Assembly (NCBI RefSeq): GCF_000007225.1
Contig: NC_003364.1
Location: 1,080,001 to 1,112,000, forward strand
Length of the DNA: 32,000 nucleotides
From: Pyrobaculum aerophilum str. IM2
GTDB lineage: Archaea; Thermoproteota; Thermoprotei; Thermoproteales; Thermoproteaceae
Direction of reading: 5' to 3'
Shown here: positions 1 through 9,431 of the stretch, piece by piece
Numbering within the stretch: the stretch's first letter is position 1
Layout: the number at the start of each line of letters is the position of its first letter
The notes under the pieces: model-generated
Seen by the model: only the letters and a program-made list of their open reading frames with translations
What the model was told of the DNA's origin: nothing
Database searches by the model: none
Made by a program: the position numbers and the translations under genes

Positions 1-152
1 TACCTCAAGAAGACGCTATTACCAAGACTGAAAGAGGCGCCCAGCCAACAGTAAGTTTTTAAAACTAGGAGTAGTTTTATACAACCGCGACGGGCTGTGG
101 AGAGCCGCGCCCGCGGCGCCGTGAAACAGCCTGACGGTGTCTGGGGACACCC

Positions 153-1019
153 CTATTCTCTTAGTTTTCTGAATAAATGGCCCACGAAGGCCAAATTAAA
201 CCCCCCTCTGCCCTGTGTTGAAAAGTCGTATAAAAAGGCGGAGTCCACGGCTCTTGCCAGATTATATACGGCGAAAAACCACGGAGCGTGTTCCGGCCTC
301 CCCTGGAAGAAGAGATAGCGGGGCGCCCCCTCCTCGCCGTAGATCCATATTTGGGCATCTCCCACGTTTATTTTCGACGCCTTGCCCTCAGGCCTGCAGC
401 CAACTGCGGCGTAAAATCTATCCCTCCCCACGGCGTATTCTAGCCTCAGCTTTCTCCTCGGCGCCTCAAGCCCCATAATTGAGGCATAGGCGTCAACTGC
501 GGCGAAGATCCTCTCCAACGCCCTCATGGGCGCATACAGACAGCCCCCCCAGGCGTCGCGGAAACTGCCGCAAATAGAGTAGTTGCCGCCGACGTAAGGC
601 CTGTACTTCACAGAAAACTCTTTGAAGTTGTTAGTTTTCTCCACGGGGAGGTCTACATCGACGTCTGGCACCGGCAGAGATCTGTACAGAGATAAAGACG
701 CCGAGAGCCAGCCGTCTCCAATTATATAAACAGGCACGTCGCTGTTCAAAACCTCCCTGATCCCCTCCAGGCCGACTACGTCACATGAATCTACTACTAC
801 GTCGTAACTGCCAGCGGGCTGTTCCACAAGCCTCACGGCGAGTACCTCTTTAATAAAGTCCAGAGTAAAGAGGGGGGCGAAGGGCGGGATGTCTAATAGC
901 GGGTCGGAGGGATTAGAAGTCTGTATGTCAACTTCAACGCCGCTTTCCCGCAAGAGATATGCTAAGTAGGCGGAGCCAGCCTCGAGGCCTCTTATTAAAA
1001 CCCTCTTAACCATGGACAA
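153..1019 (-). CDS. hypothetical protein co-transcribed with thyX (degenerate Rossmann-like N-terminus)
   Basis: 288-codon ORF. Its start overlaps the thyX stop by 14 nt (1006-1019). The N-terminus VLIRGLEAGSAYLAYLL resembles a degraded dinucleotide-binding loop. No family recognised by eye. Confidence 0.55.
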   Translation of the reverse strand: MSMVKRVLIRGLEAGSAYLAYLLRESGVEVDIQTSNPSDPLLDIPPFAPLFTLDFIKEVLAVRLVEQPAGSYDVVVDSCDVVGLEGIREVLNSDVPVYIIGDGWLSASLSLYRSLPVPDVDVDLPVEKTNNFKEFSVKYRPYVGGNYSICGSFRDAWGGCLYAPMRALERIFAAVDAYASIMGLEAPRRKLRLEYAVGRDRFYAAVGCRPEGKASKINVGDAQIWIYGEEGAPRYLFFQGRPEHAPWFFAVYNLARAVDSAFLYDFSTQGRGGFNLAFVGHLFRKLRE

Positions 1020-1740
1020 GGGCGGAGAGCCAGGGCGTCTCCGGCAACGGGCCGTGTTTCTCCTCGGCGTCTTTTATGGCGTAGAGGCGGCAGTCCTCCC
1101 CCCTCGGCACTTTAGTGCAGAAATCGCGGTGGAGGCTCGGCAAGTCCTCCCACACCAGTCTGGCGAGGTTGGGCCACAAGCGCCACGCGTGTGCGAACAT
1201 CTGCCAGCAGACGTGTCTGATCTCCGCCTGGGCCGCGTAGGCGCACCTCAAGGGGGCGAAGTTGAGCAACAGCTCCCGGGCGTTCATCTGCACTGCGAAT
1301 AAGACGGCGGTGGCGTTGGGGAGGATCATGCGGGCGTACTCAGGCCTAAACCCCTCCCTCAGCCTCGCGTAGTCCTCGTAGGCCCTCTTCAGCAAATCCG
1401 CGGGGAAGCCCTTGGGCACGACGAATCTTATCTCTCGTTTTGTGTAGTCCACGTAGCGTTGCGACTCTGACCAGTAAGAGGCCATCCTGTGGCGTATGAA
1501 CTGGGTGTGGCAGGCGCGGGAGCACTCCACGAGGAACTGGGCGCCCATGAACTCAAAGACAGACCAGTGCCCCTGTCTGTAAAAGGCCGAAATGCGCTTG
1601 ATAATTACGTCTGGGGCCTGGGCCTTAACCGCCTCTTCCCAGGGCACGCCGCGGTAGAGGGCGTCGGTAAACGCCGAAATAACCGCCTCAGAGCCCCAGC
1701 TGGCGATGAGGAATACGCGGGGGGTTTCGAGAATAACCAT
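1006..1740 (-). CDS. thyX: flavin-dependent thymidylate synthase ThyX
   Basis: 244 aa carrying the ThyX signature RHRMASYWSESQRY (RHRxxSxxxxSQRY). A TATA-like ATTTTAAAGG lies about 20 nt upstream of the ATG on the minus strand. Confidence 0.9.
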   Translation of the reverse strand: MVILETPRVFLIASWGSEAVISAFTDALYRGVPWEEAVKAQAPDVIIKRISAFYRQGHWSVFEFMGAQFLVECSRACHTQFIRHRMASYWSESQRYVDYTKREIRFVVPKGFPADLLKRAYEDYARLREGFRPEYARMILPNATAVLFAVQMNARELLLNFAPLRCAYAAQAEIRHVCWQMFAHAWRLWPNLARLVWEDLPSLHRDFCTKVPRGEDCRLYAIKDAEEKHGPLPETPWLSALVHG

Positions 1741-1845
1741 GTTAAGATTAACGCCCTTTAAAATCTACTGAACAGGTGATATTAGAATAACTTTACGGAA
1801 GCGCGCAGGGCGGCGAGAGATTTTTTATACCTCTTTACATAAGGC

Positions 1846-3360
1846 GTGGTTAATATCACCCCTCTAAATTTGACGCTCCCCCGGGATTTCCTCAACGAGA
1901 CGCTTCAAGTGCTTAATAAAACGCGGGAGGGGCCCTACACTATATCCAACGCTCCGCTGATTCCCCAGTGGCTACAGAGCGTTTTACTAACCGCGTACCT
2001 CGCCCTTTTAGTGCTCTCGCTCCTCCTCATAGCCCACTATATTTACTACGCCAGACACGCCAAGCCGGCAGTCGTCGACCCGCCGGCCGCAACGGCCGGG
2101 GGCTCCCTCTCCATAATAATACCCGTGAAAAACGAGAGGCCTGAGACAGTGGCGGAGGCCGTGAGGAGGCTCGCCTCAATTCCCTGCGGAGGCGCCGAGG
2201 TTATTATTGTCTCAGACGACCCCCCTGAGGCCTTTGAGGAGTTGCGGCGGGCGGTGGAGGCGTTGGGCGTGCCCAACGTCAAGGCGTTGAGGAGGCCGAG
2301 CCCAGTTGGGTATAAAGGCGTGGCGCTGAACTGGGCCGCCGAGAGGGCGAGCGGCGACGTCCTCTTATTCCTAGACGTAGACAGCGTGCCTCCTCCCGAC
2401 ATGTGCCACAGGGCGCTGGCTGTGGGGGAGAGGGAGATATTATTCCTCGGCTGGGACGGCCACGCGCCTCTCAAGACGCCCGTGGCGTCTCTGCAACTTT
2501 TCCTGTACAAATACCTCTTGTACCACGTGGCTATATTGGGCCGTCACAACACCGGCCACCCCGTCTTTGCCCTGGGGTCTGGGATAGCGGTGAGGAAAAG
2601 CTTCTTTAGGGAAATAGGCGGTTTTTGCAACTGCACCGCAGACGACTACGACATCTCTATTAAGGCTTATTTACACGGCGGTCGCGTCGTGTACGCCCCC
2701 GGGCCTCCCGTCCACGTCGAAGTCCCCGCGGGCTACGAGGCGTTTAAAAAACAATACGCAAGGTGGACGTACAACTCGGCGTATCTAATTTCCGTATACG
2801 GCGCCAGGATGTTCAAGTTTAAAATGCCGCTGGCGCATAAACTCAGCGCGTTTTTAAACGTGGCGACCCATCCCCTAATGGTGTTAACGACTTTCGCCAT
2901 GATGCTGGCGGGACTCGCCATGGGCTACGCGGGGATACTGCTCCCGCCGCTCTATATTCTCGTCTTTCAATTGGCCCTCGTCTTCGCCGCGTTTTTACAA
3001 GTGTATTACGTCTATAAACTGGCCAGGAGAGACGGACACGGGTTTTTCGCCGTGGCGGGCAGATTGGCCGCGTCGGCGGCTCTCCTGCTAGCGCTGAGCC
3101 CCTATCTGGCATTTTACGTCCTCCTCGGCCTATTAAAGAGGAGAATTAGGTGGTACGTAACCCCCAAGGGGCTGGCCTCTCTGGCGGGCGGGCTGGGGCT
3201 CTACGAGCTGGGCCTCACTGCGGTTTTAACGGCTTTGTTGCTCTTCGCCGTTTATATAGCCAACTGGGTCCTCGCGTCAAACGCCGCGTTTTTACTCCTG
3301 GCGGCGGCCTACGCCTTGGCCAAAGTGGCTATCCCCTCTTCACAATTGGGTAGGGGATGA
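1846..3360 (+). CDS. membrane-bound family 2 glycosyltransferase
   Basis: 504 aa. N-terminal TM helix, then a GT-A core (SIIIPVKNERPE..., VIIVSDDPPE, FLDVDSVPP DxD-like), then several C-terminal TM helices. GTG start 22 nt after TTTTTTATAC. The 3' end overlaps the convergent lysS by 32 nt. Confidence 0.8.
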   Translation: MVNITPLNLTLPRDFLNETLQVLNKTREGPYTISNAPLIPQWLQSVLLTAYLALLVLSLLLIAHYIYYARHAKPAVVDPPAATAGGSLSIIIPVKNERPETVAEAVRRLASIPCGGAEVIIVSDDPPEAFEELRRAVEALGVPNVKALRRPSPVGYKGVALNWAAERASGDVLLFLDVDSVPPPDMCHRALAVGEREILFLGWDGHAPLKTPVASLQLFLYKYLLYHVAILGRHNTGHPVFALGSGIAVRKSFFREIGGFCNCTADDYDISIKAYLHGGRVVYAPGPPVHVEVPAGYEAFKKQYARWTYNSAYLISVYGARMFKFKMPLAHKLSAFLNVATHPLMVLTTFAMMLAGLAMGYAGILLPPLYILVFQLALVFAAFLQVYYVYKLARRDGHGFFAVAGRLAASAALLLALSPYLAFYVLLGLLKRRIRWYVTPKGLASLAGGLGLYELGLTAVLTALLLFAVYIANWVLASNAAFLLLAAAYALAKVAIPSSQLGRG

Positions 3361-4777
3361 CGTCTTTAATAGACTCGGCGTTAGTGATAATCATCGCCAG
3401 CCTGTCGACGCCAATTCCCACGCCGCCAGTGGGCGGCATGCCGAAGGAAAGCTCTTCGACGAAATCCCAGTCCAGGGGGTGCGCCTCGTCCTTGGGGAAC
3501 AGCTCCTCCTCCCGCACGAAGTACTCATACTGCCTCACCGGGTCGTTCAGCTCTGTATAGGCATTAGCCACTTCGTGGCCTCCCACAAAGGCCTCAAAAC
3601 GCTCCACCAGGCCGGGCCTCTCTCTATGCGGCTTGCACAACGGCGTTGACTCCTCTGGGTAGTCCATGACAAAAGTGGGCTCTACTAGCTTTTTCTCCAC
3701 GAGCTTCTCAAAGAGCTTCACCAAGGCCACCCCCCTGTTGTACACCCTTATGGGTACTTGGAGCTCTCTCAGCCTCTCCTTAATTTGATCGTCAGTGAGC
3801 TTGTCGGGGTCTACCCCCGCGAATTCCCGGAGGGCGTCGTGGAGAGTAATGCGCCTCCACGGCGGGTTGAAGTTAATGTTCCAGTCCCTGTATTTAACAA
3901 CGCCAGTGCCCAACACAGAGCTAACAGCCTCGTAAACCACTTCCTCAGTGAGTCTCATAATGTCTTTATAGTCGGCGTAGGCCTGATAGGCCTCCAGCGA
4001 CCAGAACTCGGGGTTGTGCAATGCGTCGATATCCTCATTGCGGAATTGAGGGCCTATTTCAAAGACCTTGGGAAAGCCCGCTATTATATACCGCTTGAGG
4101 TAAAGCTCGGGGGATATGCGGAGGTACCACTCTTCGTCAATAGCCCAGATCTTTGTAGTGAAGGGCCTCGCCGCGGCGCCGCCGTATATAGGCTGGAGGA
4201 CGGGGGTGGGGATTTCCAAAAAGCCCCTTTTCCACATGGCCTCTCTAAACGCTTGTATGAGCTTGGCCCTAGCCGCTATGCGCCACCTCAACTGGAGGTC
4301 CAGCACCATTGCCACAGAGCGGTACCTCATGTAAAAGGGCGAGTCCCTATCCACCTTGCCCCACTCAGGCAGAGGCTGAACCGCCTTGGCCAAGAGGACA
4401 ATAGAAGCGGCTCTCACCGCGTAGTCCCCCCGCTGGGTTTTCACAAGAGGGCCCTCAACGCCGATAAAATCCCCCCGCCATATGTGCTCCAACAAGGGGA
4501 GCTTGGGATCGGCCATTACTTGAAACCGCGCCCCGTCTTCGTATAAGTCTATAAACACCACGTTTGGATGCCGCCTTATGTCAGACACTCTCCCCGCGGT
4601 CTTTATAGTCATGCCGAGCCACGGGTCGAGGAGGGCCTGCCGCCTGAGCTCATTAAGCGCCCTCACGCTGTGCGTAGGCGAGTAGGAGTGCGGATAGGGC
4701 TCAACCCCCGCCCCCCGCAGCGAGGCAATTAGCATCCGCCACTCCTCAATTTTATCCCGGCTCTGCCTCTCAGACAT
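3329..4777 (-). CDS. lysS: lysyl-tRNA synthetase, class II type
   Basis: 482 aa with class IIb motifs: FLEIPTPVLQPIYGGAAARPFTT, YLRISPELYLKRYIIAGFPKVFEIGPQFRNEDIDALHNPEFWSLEAYQAYADYKD and GMPPTGGVGIGVDRL. Confidence 0.9.
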   Translation of the reverse strand: MSERQSRDKIEEWRMLIASLRGAGVEPYPHSYSPTHSVRALNELRRQALLDPWLGMTIKTAGRVSDIRRHPNVVFIDLYEDGARFQVMADPKLPLLEHIWRGDFIGVEGPLVKTQRGDYAVRAASIVLLAKAVQPLPEWGKVDRDSPFYMRYRSVAMVLDLQLRWRIAARAKLIQAFREAMWKRGFLEIPTPVLQPIYGGAAARPFTTKIWAIDEEWYLRISPELYLKRYIIAGFPKVFEIGPQFRNEDIDALHNPEFWSLEAYQAYADYKDIMRLTEEVVYEAVSSVLGTGVVKYRDWNINFNPPWRRITLHDALREFAGVDPDKLTDDQIKERLRELQVPIRVYNRGVALVKLFEKLVEKKLVEPTFVMDYPEESTPLCKPHRERPGLVERFEAFVGGHEVANAYTELNDPVRQYEYFVREEELFPKDEAHPLDWDFVEELSFGMPPTGGVGIGVDRLAMIITNAESIKDVIPYPIVKRG

Positions 4778-4805
4778 TGCGCCTTTAAAGCTACGTGTTT
4801 AAAAA

Positions 4806-5768
4806 CTACTCCCCCGACAGTGGGCGTATGACGCTCCCTATCCACAAATCATAAAGGCCCTTTAAATGGGCGAGGGGAGTGCCGGCGGTCATTCGGTAAG
4901 TCAGCCACCTCAAAAACCTCTCCCTATCTCCCGCCGCGATCCAGTCGGCGGCGTCTACTTCAAACACGCCAGCGGTTGCCTCTTGCGCCAGGGCGCGGGC
5001 CAGCGTAGAGGCCTGCCACAACGCGCCCCAGCCAATGGGCGGGAGGCCCAGCTTTACGAGAGAGGAGTCCCCTATTAAAAAGACTCGGTCAAACTGAGTC
5101 TCAAAAGTAACTGGGTCCACCTCCAGCTGGGTTGCCAGGGGGTGGGGGCGCAACACGGGGACGGACAAGTGAAGCTCGCCCGGGCGCTTGGGAGGAGGGG
5201 GCTCCTCATTTATCACAATGCCTATTTTAGACGCCTGCTCCCTCCAGGGCTCTAAAAGGAATTTATAATCGTCGCCAATGTAGACAATGTGTATAGAGAC
5301 TTCCTTCTCGGGAAACCTCGCCTTTAGAGAATAGGCAATTTCTTGAAAGCCAGTAACTGGGGTCAGCTCGTTAACCACAAAGCGAATAGCGCCGGCCCGC
5401 CGCGCCTCTTGGAGGAGCTCCTCAGCGCCGCGGACAGTCCAGTACTCAACACTGCCCAGCTTCAAGCCCCCGGGGGCCAGCACTACATAGTCGCCGCACA
5501 GCCTAGGCGGCCCCTCCCTCGTCCTTATACACCTATTCTCAACTGCCGCCGCCGTTGCCTTGACGTAAGTAATTCTCTTAAGCCTCTCAAAGGGGTATAG
5601 CAAGTTGTGAAAATCCACAAGACCTGCGATGGCTATTGGTATTCCAATGGCGAATTCGTGCACCGGCTTCGGGTCCACTAAATATACGGACGCGCTGGGG
5701 ACAAGGCGCAGTAGCTGGCTTGTGAAATAAAGCCCCGCGACGCCTCCCCCCGCTACGACTACGCGCAT
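4806..5768 (-). CDS. FAD/NAD(P)-dependent oxidoreductase (short pyridine nucleotide-disulfide / SQR-like)
   Basis: N-terminal Rossmann motif MRVVVAGGGVAGLY and a C-terminal FLIGDSS motif. I prefer the ATG at 5768 (TATA-like GATATATAC about 22 nt upstream) over the TTG at 5777 in the ORF track. Confidence 0.7.
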   Translation of the reverse strand: MRVVVAGGGVAGLYFTSQLLRLVPSASVYLVDPKPVHEFAIGIPIAIAGLVDFHNLLYPFERLKRITYVKATAAAVENRCIRTREGPPRLCGDYVVLAPGGLKLGSVEYWTVRGAEELLQEARRAGAIRFVVNELTPVTGFQEIAYSLKARFPEKEVSIHIVYIGDDYKFLLEPWREQASKIGIVINEEPPPPKRPGELHLSVPVLRPHPLATQLEVDPVTFETQFDRVFLIGDSSLVKLGLPPIGWGALWQASTLARALAQEATAGVFEVDAADWIAAGDRERFLRWLTYRMTAGTPLAHLKGLYDLWIGSVIRPLSGE

Positions 5769-5795
5769 AATGTACAAAACGCGCGGAGATATATA

Positions 5796-6431
5796 CTAAT
5801 CGAGCAAGACAATCGCCCAGCCCCCGCCCGCGGCCTCCTCGAGCCTCTTCACGGGGATGTCAAGTTTTACTTTTAGAGACGCCGCTGTGGTTAAGGCACG
5901 GCGCGACGGCACGTCCACAACGCGGAGGGAGCAGTTCCCCGCCACCTCCACCAGCCGCGAGAGGGCCACGACGCGGCCTCCCTCAACCACGGCGCCTTGA
6001 AGCGCCACGCGCCACCGGGAGGGGCCCACCTCCGCCAGTTTTTTCAAGGCCAGGGCCCTGGGGTCTTCGCCTAAAACCTCAATTTTAACAAGCCTGGGGA
6101 TTAGGGAGAGGGCCTCGACTACATATGCCAGCGGGGCCGCCTCGAGGGCAGAGGGGCTGTTCCCGTTGACGTAGACGTATTTATTCGTGGCGATATACTG
6201 GGCCGCCGCGTTCTCGGCGTAGGCCACTACGTAGCGGCCTATTTCGCCGCCGGAGACGACGACGCCGAAAGCCCACCTAGAGAGAGGGCCCCGCCCCCTG
6301 CGGCGCACCCACTCCGAGAAGTCGTCTAGGAGAAAGGCCTTTACTTTAACGCCGATGTGGCCAGGCGGGACAACCAAGGCGGGCTCTTCTATTCTCCTCA
6401 CGGCGCCCCCCTCGTATACAAGACGCCACAC
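5796..6431 (-). CDS. hypothetical protein (weak GroES-like/MDR N-terminal resemblance)
   Basis: 211-codon ORF with a GTG start, wedged with 20-nt and 27-nt gaps between the UbiD-family gene and the oxidoreductase gene on the same strand. No clear motifs. Confidence 0.45.
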   Translation of the reverse strand: MWRLVYEGGAVRRIEEPALVVPPGHIGVKVKAFLLDDFSEWVRRRGRGPLSRWAFGVVVSGGEIGRYVVAYAENAAAQYIATNKYVYVNGNSPSALEAAPLAYVVEALSLIPRLVKIEVLGEDPRALALKKLAEVGPSRWRVALQGAVVEGGRVVALSRLVEVAGNCSLRVVDVPSRRALTTAASLKVKLDIPVKRLEEAAGGGWAIVLLD

Positions 6432-6451
6432 GGCTCCCGGGGGGCTGGGGT

Positions 6452-7894
6452 TTATAAAGAGAGGAGCTGCTCCACCACGGCCTTAACTCTAGCCGCCACC
6501 TCCGGGTCCGGGGCCACCTCCTCCGGCCACGGGCGGCCGCCGTACTCCTCGGGGAGCTTCCTAGTGGCGTCAATGCCCAGCTTAGAGCCGTAGCCCGGGA
6601 CTGGAGAGCCCGTGTCCAGCACGTCCACGTGGGCCCCGGGGACTATCACCACGTCCCGCTGGGGGTCAACCCGCTGGGCCACGGCGAATAACACCTCGTT
6701 GAGGTCGTGGACATTTACGTCGTGGTCCACCACAATTACAACTTTAGTAAGAGACATCATGTGGCCCAGGCCCCACAGGGCGAACATGACCTTTTTCCCG
6801 TGGCCGGGAAACCTCTTTTTAATAGAGACAATGGCTATGCCTTGGAACAGGCCGAACTCGGGCAAGTTCAAGTCCGCCACCTCGGGGAGGAGGAAGCGGA
6901 GCACCGGGAGGAAGACCCTCTCCACGGCCTTTCCCATATAGGCGTCTTCCAGCGGAGGCCTCCCCACCACTGTGCCGTAATAAATGGGGTCCTCCCGCCG
7001 CAACAGCGCCTTGGCCTTAAAAACGGGGTAGAGGCCTCCCTGGTCGTAAACTCCGTAGTGGTCGCCGAAGGGCCCCTCCCTCCGCAAGTCTTTAACGTCC
7101 ACGCAGCCCTCAATGACGGCCTCGGCCCTCGCCGGGATGTAGAGGTCAGTGGCCACGCCCTTAGTCACCTCCAGGCCCCCGCCTCTGAGAACCCCGGCGA
7201 AGAGGTATTCGTCGAGGGGGTAGGGAGTGGGCATAATGCCGCTGAGGAGAAAGGCCGGGTCGCCCCCAATGGCAATAGCCGCGTCTACGCAGCCGGGAGA
7301 CGAGGCGAAGAGGTCGGCGGCCCTCTTGTGGATCTGGGCGTGGACCACGGCCTCCCTCTCGTTGAGAATTTGAACCCGGTACACTCCCAAGTTATAAACT
7401 CCCCTGGAGTCCCGCGTGATTAAAACGCCGAATGTTATATACTGCCCGGCGTCTTTAGGCCAAGTCTTAAAGGCCGGGATGGACAAGAGGTTGGGCTCCT
7501 CCACCACCTCCTTAACCGGACCGCCCCTGACCGCCCGGGGAGCGTAGCGGCCCAGCTCGAAGAGCTCTACCGCGGCGCGGAATTTGTCCGCGAGAGTCAA
7601 GGGAGGAGGCGACGCCATCGGCTCTAACAGACGCCGGCCGGCCTCCTCCAGCTCACCAAGCGCCAGGCGGATGCGGTCAAGCGATCCGAAGAGATTCCCC
7701 ACGACCCGCCACTTGGGAAACCCCCGCACGGATTCGAACAAAACGGCGGGCCCCCGGGCGTACATCACTTGGCGCAGTACCTCGGGAATTTCCAGCTCGG
7801 GCGACAGAGGCTCTGAAACCCTCTTAAGCCACCCCCTCTCCTCCAGCGCCTTTAAAAACTCCCGGAGGTCGGAGAACATGCCCGTTAATAACAC
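6452..7894 (-). CDS. ubiD: UbiD-family (prenylated-FMN dependent) decarboxylase
   Basis: 480 aa. The N-terminus (LREFLKALEERGWLKRVSEPLSPELEIPEVLRQV, PAVLFESVRGFP) and overall length are typical of the UbiD/3-octaprenyl-4-hydroxybenzoate carboxy-lyase family. TATA-like ATTTTTTATAG lies upstream. Confidence 0.85.
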   Translation of the reverse strand: MLLTGMFSDLREFLKALEERGWLKRVSEPLSPELEIPEVLRQVMYARGPAVLFESVRGFPKWRVVGNLFGSLDRIRLALGELEEAGRRLLEPMASPPPLTLADKFRAAVELFELGRYAPRAVRGGPVKEVVEEPNLLSIPAFKTWPKDAGQYITFGVLITRDSRGVYNLGVYRVQILNEREAVVHAQIHKRAADLFASSPGCVDAAIAIGGDPAFLLSGIMPTPYPLDEYLFAGVLRGGGLEVTKGVATDLYIPARAEAVIEGCVDVKDLRREGPFGDHYGVYDQGGLYPVFKAKALLRREDPIYYGTVVGRPPLEDAYMGKAVERVFLPVLRFLLPEVADLNLPEFGLFQGIAIVSIKKRFPGHGKKVMFALWGLGHMMSLTKVVIVVDHDVNVHDLNEVLFAVAQRVDPQRDVVIVPGAHVDVLDTGSPVPGYGSKLGIDATRKLPEEYGGRPWPEEVAPDPEVAARVKAVVEQLLSL

Positions 7895-8078
7895 TATAAA
7901 AAATATTCGTAGACGGCCGTCGAAATCCGTGCCGGCCAGCCGCTTGTATCTGCGGCGTAGGAGACTGGCGCGCCTCGCGGGCGACGCAGTAGGGCGGGCG
8001 CGCGGTCCGGCCTATACGCTGCCGTTTCGACTGCGCCCGCCGCGGCAAGGCGCTGGCCGACGCGTCGGGGAGGGCGCG

Positions 8079-8978
8079 TTAGAGTATATTGCGTATGCCG
8101 AAGAGAGACCCCAGCCACTCGCCGAGTAGGTATGTCAAGAAGGCAGTGCCCAGGAGGAGGCCCACTGTCTGCAAGAACTCAAATTTAAAGTCCCTATCTG
8201 CGTACACTGCGGATTGAAACGTGAGGAGGAATGTAAGCATCACTCCGACGGCTATAGAGGCGGCGAAGGCGAGATAGACGTCGTGTATGAGAAAATACGG
8301 CAGGGACATCAGCGCCACGGCCGCAATATAGCCTACGCCGGTCACCAGCGCCGCCACGCTGGGGGACTTGCCCACTTCGTGCTTCGTCTGGAGGTAAGAG
8401 GCGGAGGCCATGGAGATAGCCGCCCCAACTCCCACAATAAGGCCGATGACCCCAGCCGCCACAGTGTTGTTAGTAGTCCCCAAAGTCCCCGCGTGGGCCC
8501 CCGTTATTTCAATAATAGCGTCGGCCAGGCCCAAGACCAGGGCGCCCATATACTTCACAATGGCCTCGTCCAGCTGGGCGATGAGAGCCCTCTCGTGCTC
8601 CTCCTCGTCTTTAATAATACGGCGCAGTGCCTCTCTGTCAGGCCCCGAGAGGAGGGGCTCCGCGGACTTGTAGCGGGCAATGGCCTCCTCCCCCCTCTCC
8701 ATGAGCTTAGCCACGAAGGTAACCCCCAGGATGAGGCGCAGAAAAGCCATAAAATACGCGTACAGCCTAAACCGCCACGCCGGGGGCTTAACCCCGGCGA
8801 ATTTATTCCAAAACTGGAAGTGCTCCCGCTCCTGCTCGGCCAGCCTCTCCAACACGGCGCGCCTGGCCTTGTTGCGCTCCACTCTGGCCAACACGCTGTA
8901 CGTTACATATTCTTTATACTCGTCCAGCGCCGCCTTTCTAGCAACTTCAACCAGTTTCGAGTTAGAAGTTGTTTCCAT
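8079..8978 (-). CDS. ferritin-like domain fused to VIT1/CCC1-family iron/manganese transporter
   Basis: 299 aa. N-terminal four-helix ferritin/rubrerythrin-like region (EYVTYSVLA...EQEREHFQFW...EEEHERAL), followed by a VIT1-like membrane part (MGALVLGLADAIIEITGAHAG plus 3-4 TM helices). Confidence 0.8.
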   Translation of the reverse strand: METTSNSKLVEVARKAALDEYKEYVTYSVLARVERNKARRAVLERLAEQEREHFQFWNKFAGVKPPAWRFRLYAYFMAFLRLILGVTFVAKLMERGEEAIARYKSAEPLLSGPDREALRRIIKDEEEHERALIAQLDEAIVKYMGALVLGLADAIIEITGAHAGTLGTTNNTVAAGVIGLIVGVGAAISMASASYLQTKHEVGKSPSVAALVTGVGYIAAVALMSLPYFLIHDVYLAFAASIAVGVMLTFLLTFQSAVYADRDFKFEFLQTVGLLLGTAFLTYLLGEWLGSLFGIRNIL

Positions 8979-9000
8979 AACGAAACTAGTTTCTATAATT

Positions 9001-9396
9001 TTATAAACTTGACGCCTTCTTCATCTGGTATAAATTCTTCGCAATAGAGAGGAGGGCCAAGGCGATGTCCCTCCTGTCCTCGTTCAACATGTCAATAACC
9101 TCCATAAACGGCGTCTCGCTGGAAACCCCCCGGGACCTGAGGTAGGCCCACAGCTCTTTAAAGAAATCCGCCATTTTCAACGAGTGGAGGTACGCGTCTA
9201 AAGAGTCCCTCAAAACTGCAATGCGCTTCTTCCCGTGAGACACCGTGAACACAACCCCGTCCCGCTCCAGCACGTACAAATGCCACTGAGCCGCTCCGTA
9301 TGAAATCCCCAGGGCCTTGGCGATTTGATAAACAGAGGCCCCCCCAGTCGCCTTGAGGTACTCCACAATACGGCGCCTGACTTCGGCAGGCTCCAC
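9001..9396 (-). CDS. winged-helix (ArsR/TrmB-like) transcriptional regulator, upstream of the VIT1 gene
   Basis: wHTH segment RRRIVEYLKATGGASVYQIAKALGISYGAAQWHLYVLERDGVV. The ORF track starts at a GTG at 9426. I prefer the GTG at 9396 because a TATA-like TTTTTATATGG (plus coords 9411-9421) lies roughly 20 nt upstream of it. There is a 22-nt gap to the VIT1 gene. Confidence 0.65.
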   Translation of the reverse strand: MEPAEVRRRIVEYLKATGGASVYQIAKALGISYGAAQWHLYVLERDGVVFTVSHGKKRIAVLRDSLDAYLHSLKMADFFKELWAYLRSRGVSSETPFMEVIDMLNEDRRDIALALLSIAKNLYQMKKASSL

Positions 9397-9431
9397 GGAG
9401 AAAAAGAAACACCCATATAAAAACACACAGG

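Noticed and set aside
1-54. Open frame running off the left edge (…YLKKTLLPRLKEAPSQQ*), and a minus-strand frame running off the right edge (31939-32000, …AVAEKMGIRVVKPEEAENV*)
   Set aside because: These are probably the 3' ends of neighbouring genes. However, 17-20 codons are too few to support a call or a product.
3758-4546. Long antisense ORFs opposite lysS (262 aa), the UbiD-family gene (6707-7423, 238 aa) and the VIT1 gene (8214-9047, 277 aa)
   Set aside because: The opposite strand carries strongly motif-supported genes in each case. The antisense translations lack motifs and are typical shadow ORFs.
7722-7745. GGATTCGAAC (reverse complement of the tRNA T-loop GTTCGAATCC), suggesting a minus-strand tRNA
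   Set aside because: It is inside the UbiD-family CDS, where it encodes LFESVRG. The flanks cannot form a T-stem or acceptor stem.
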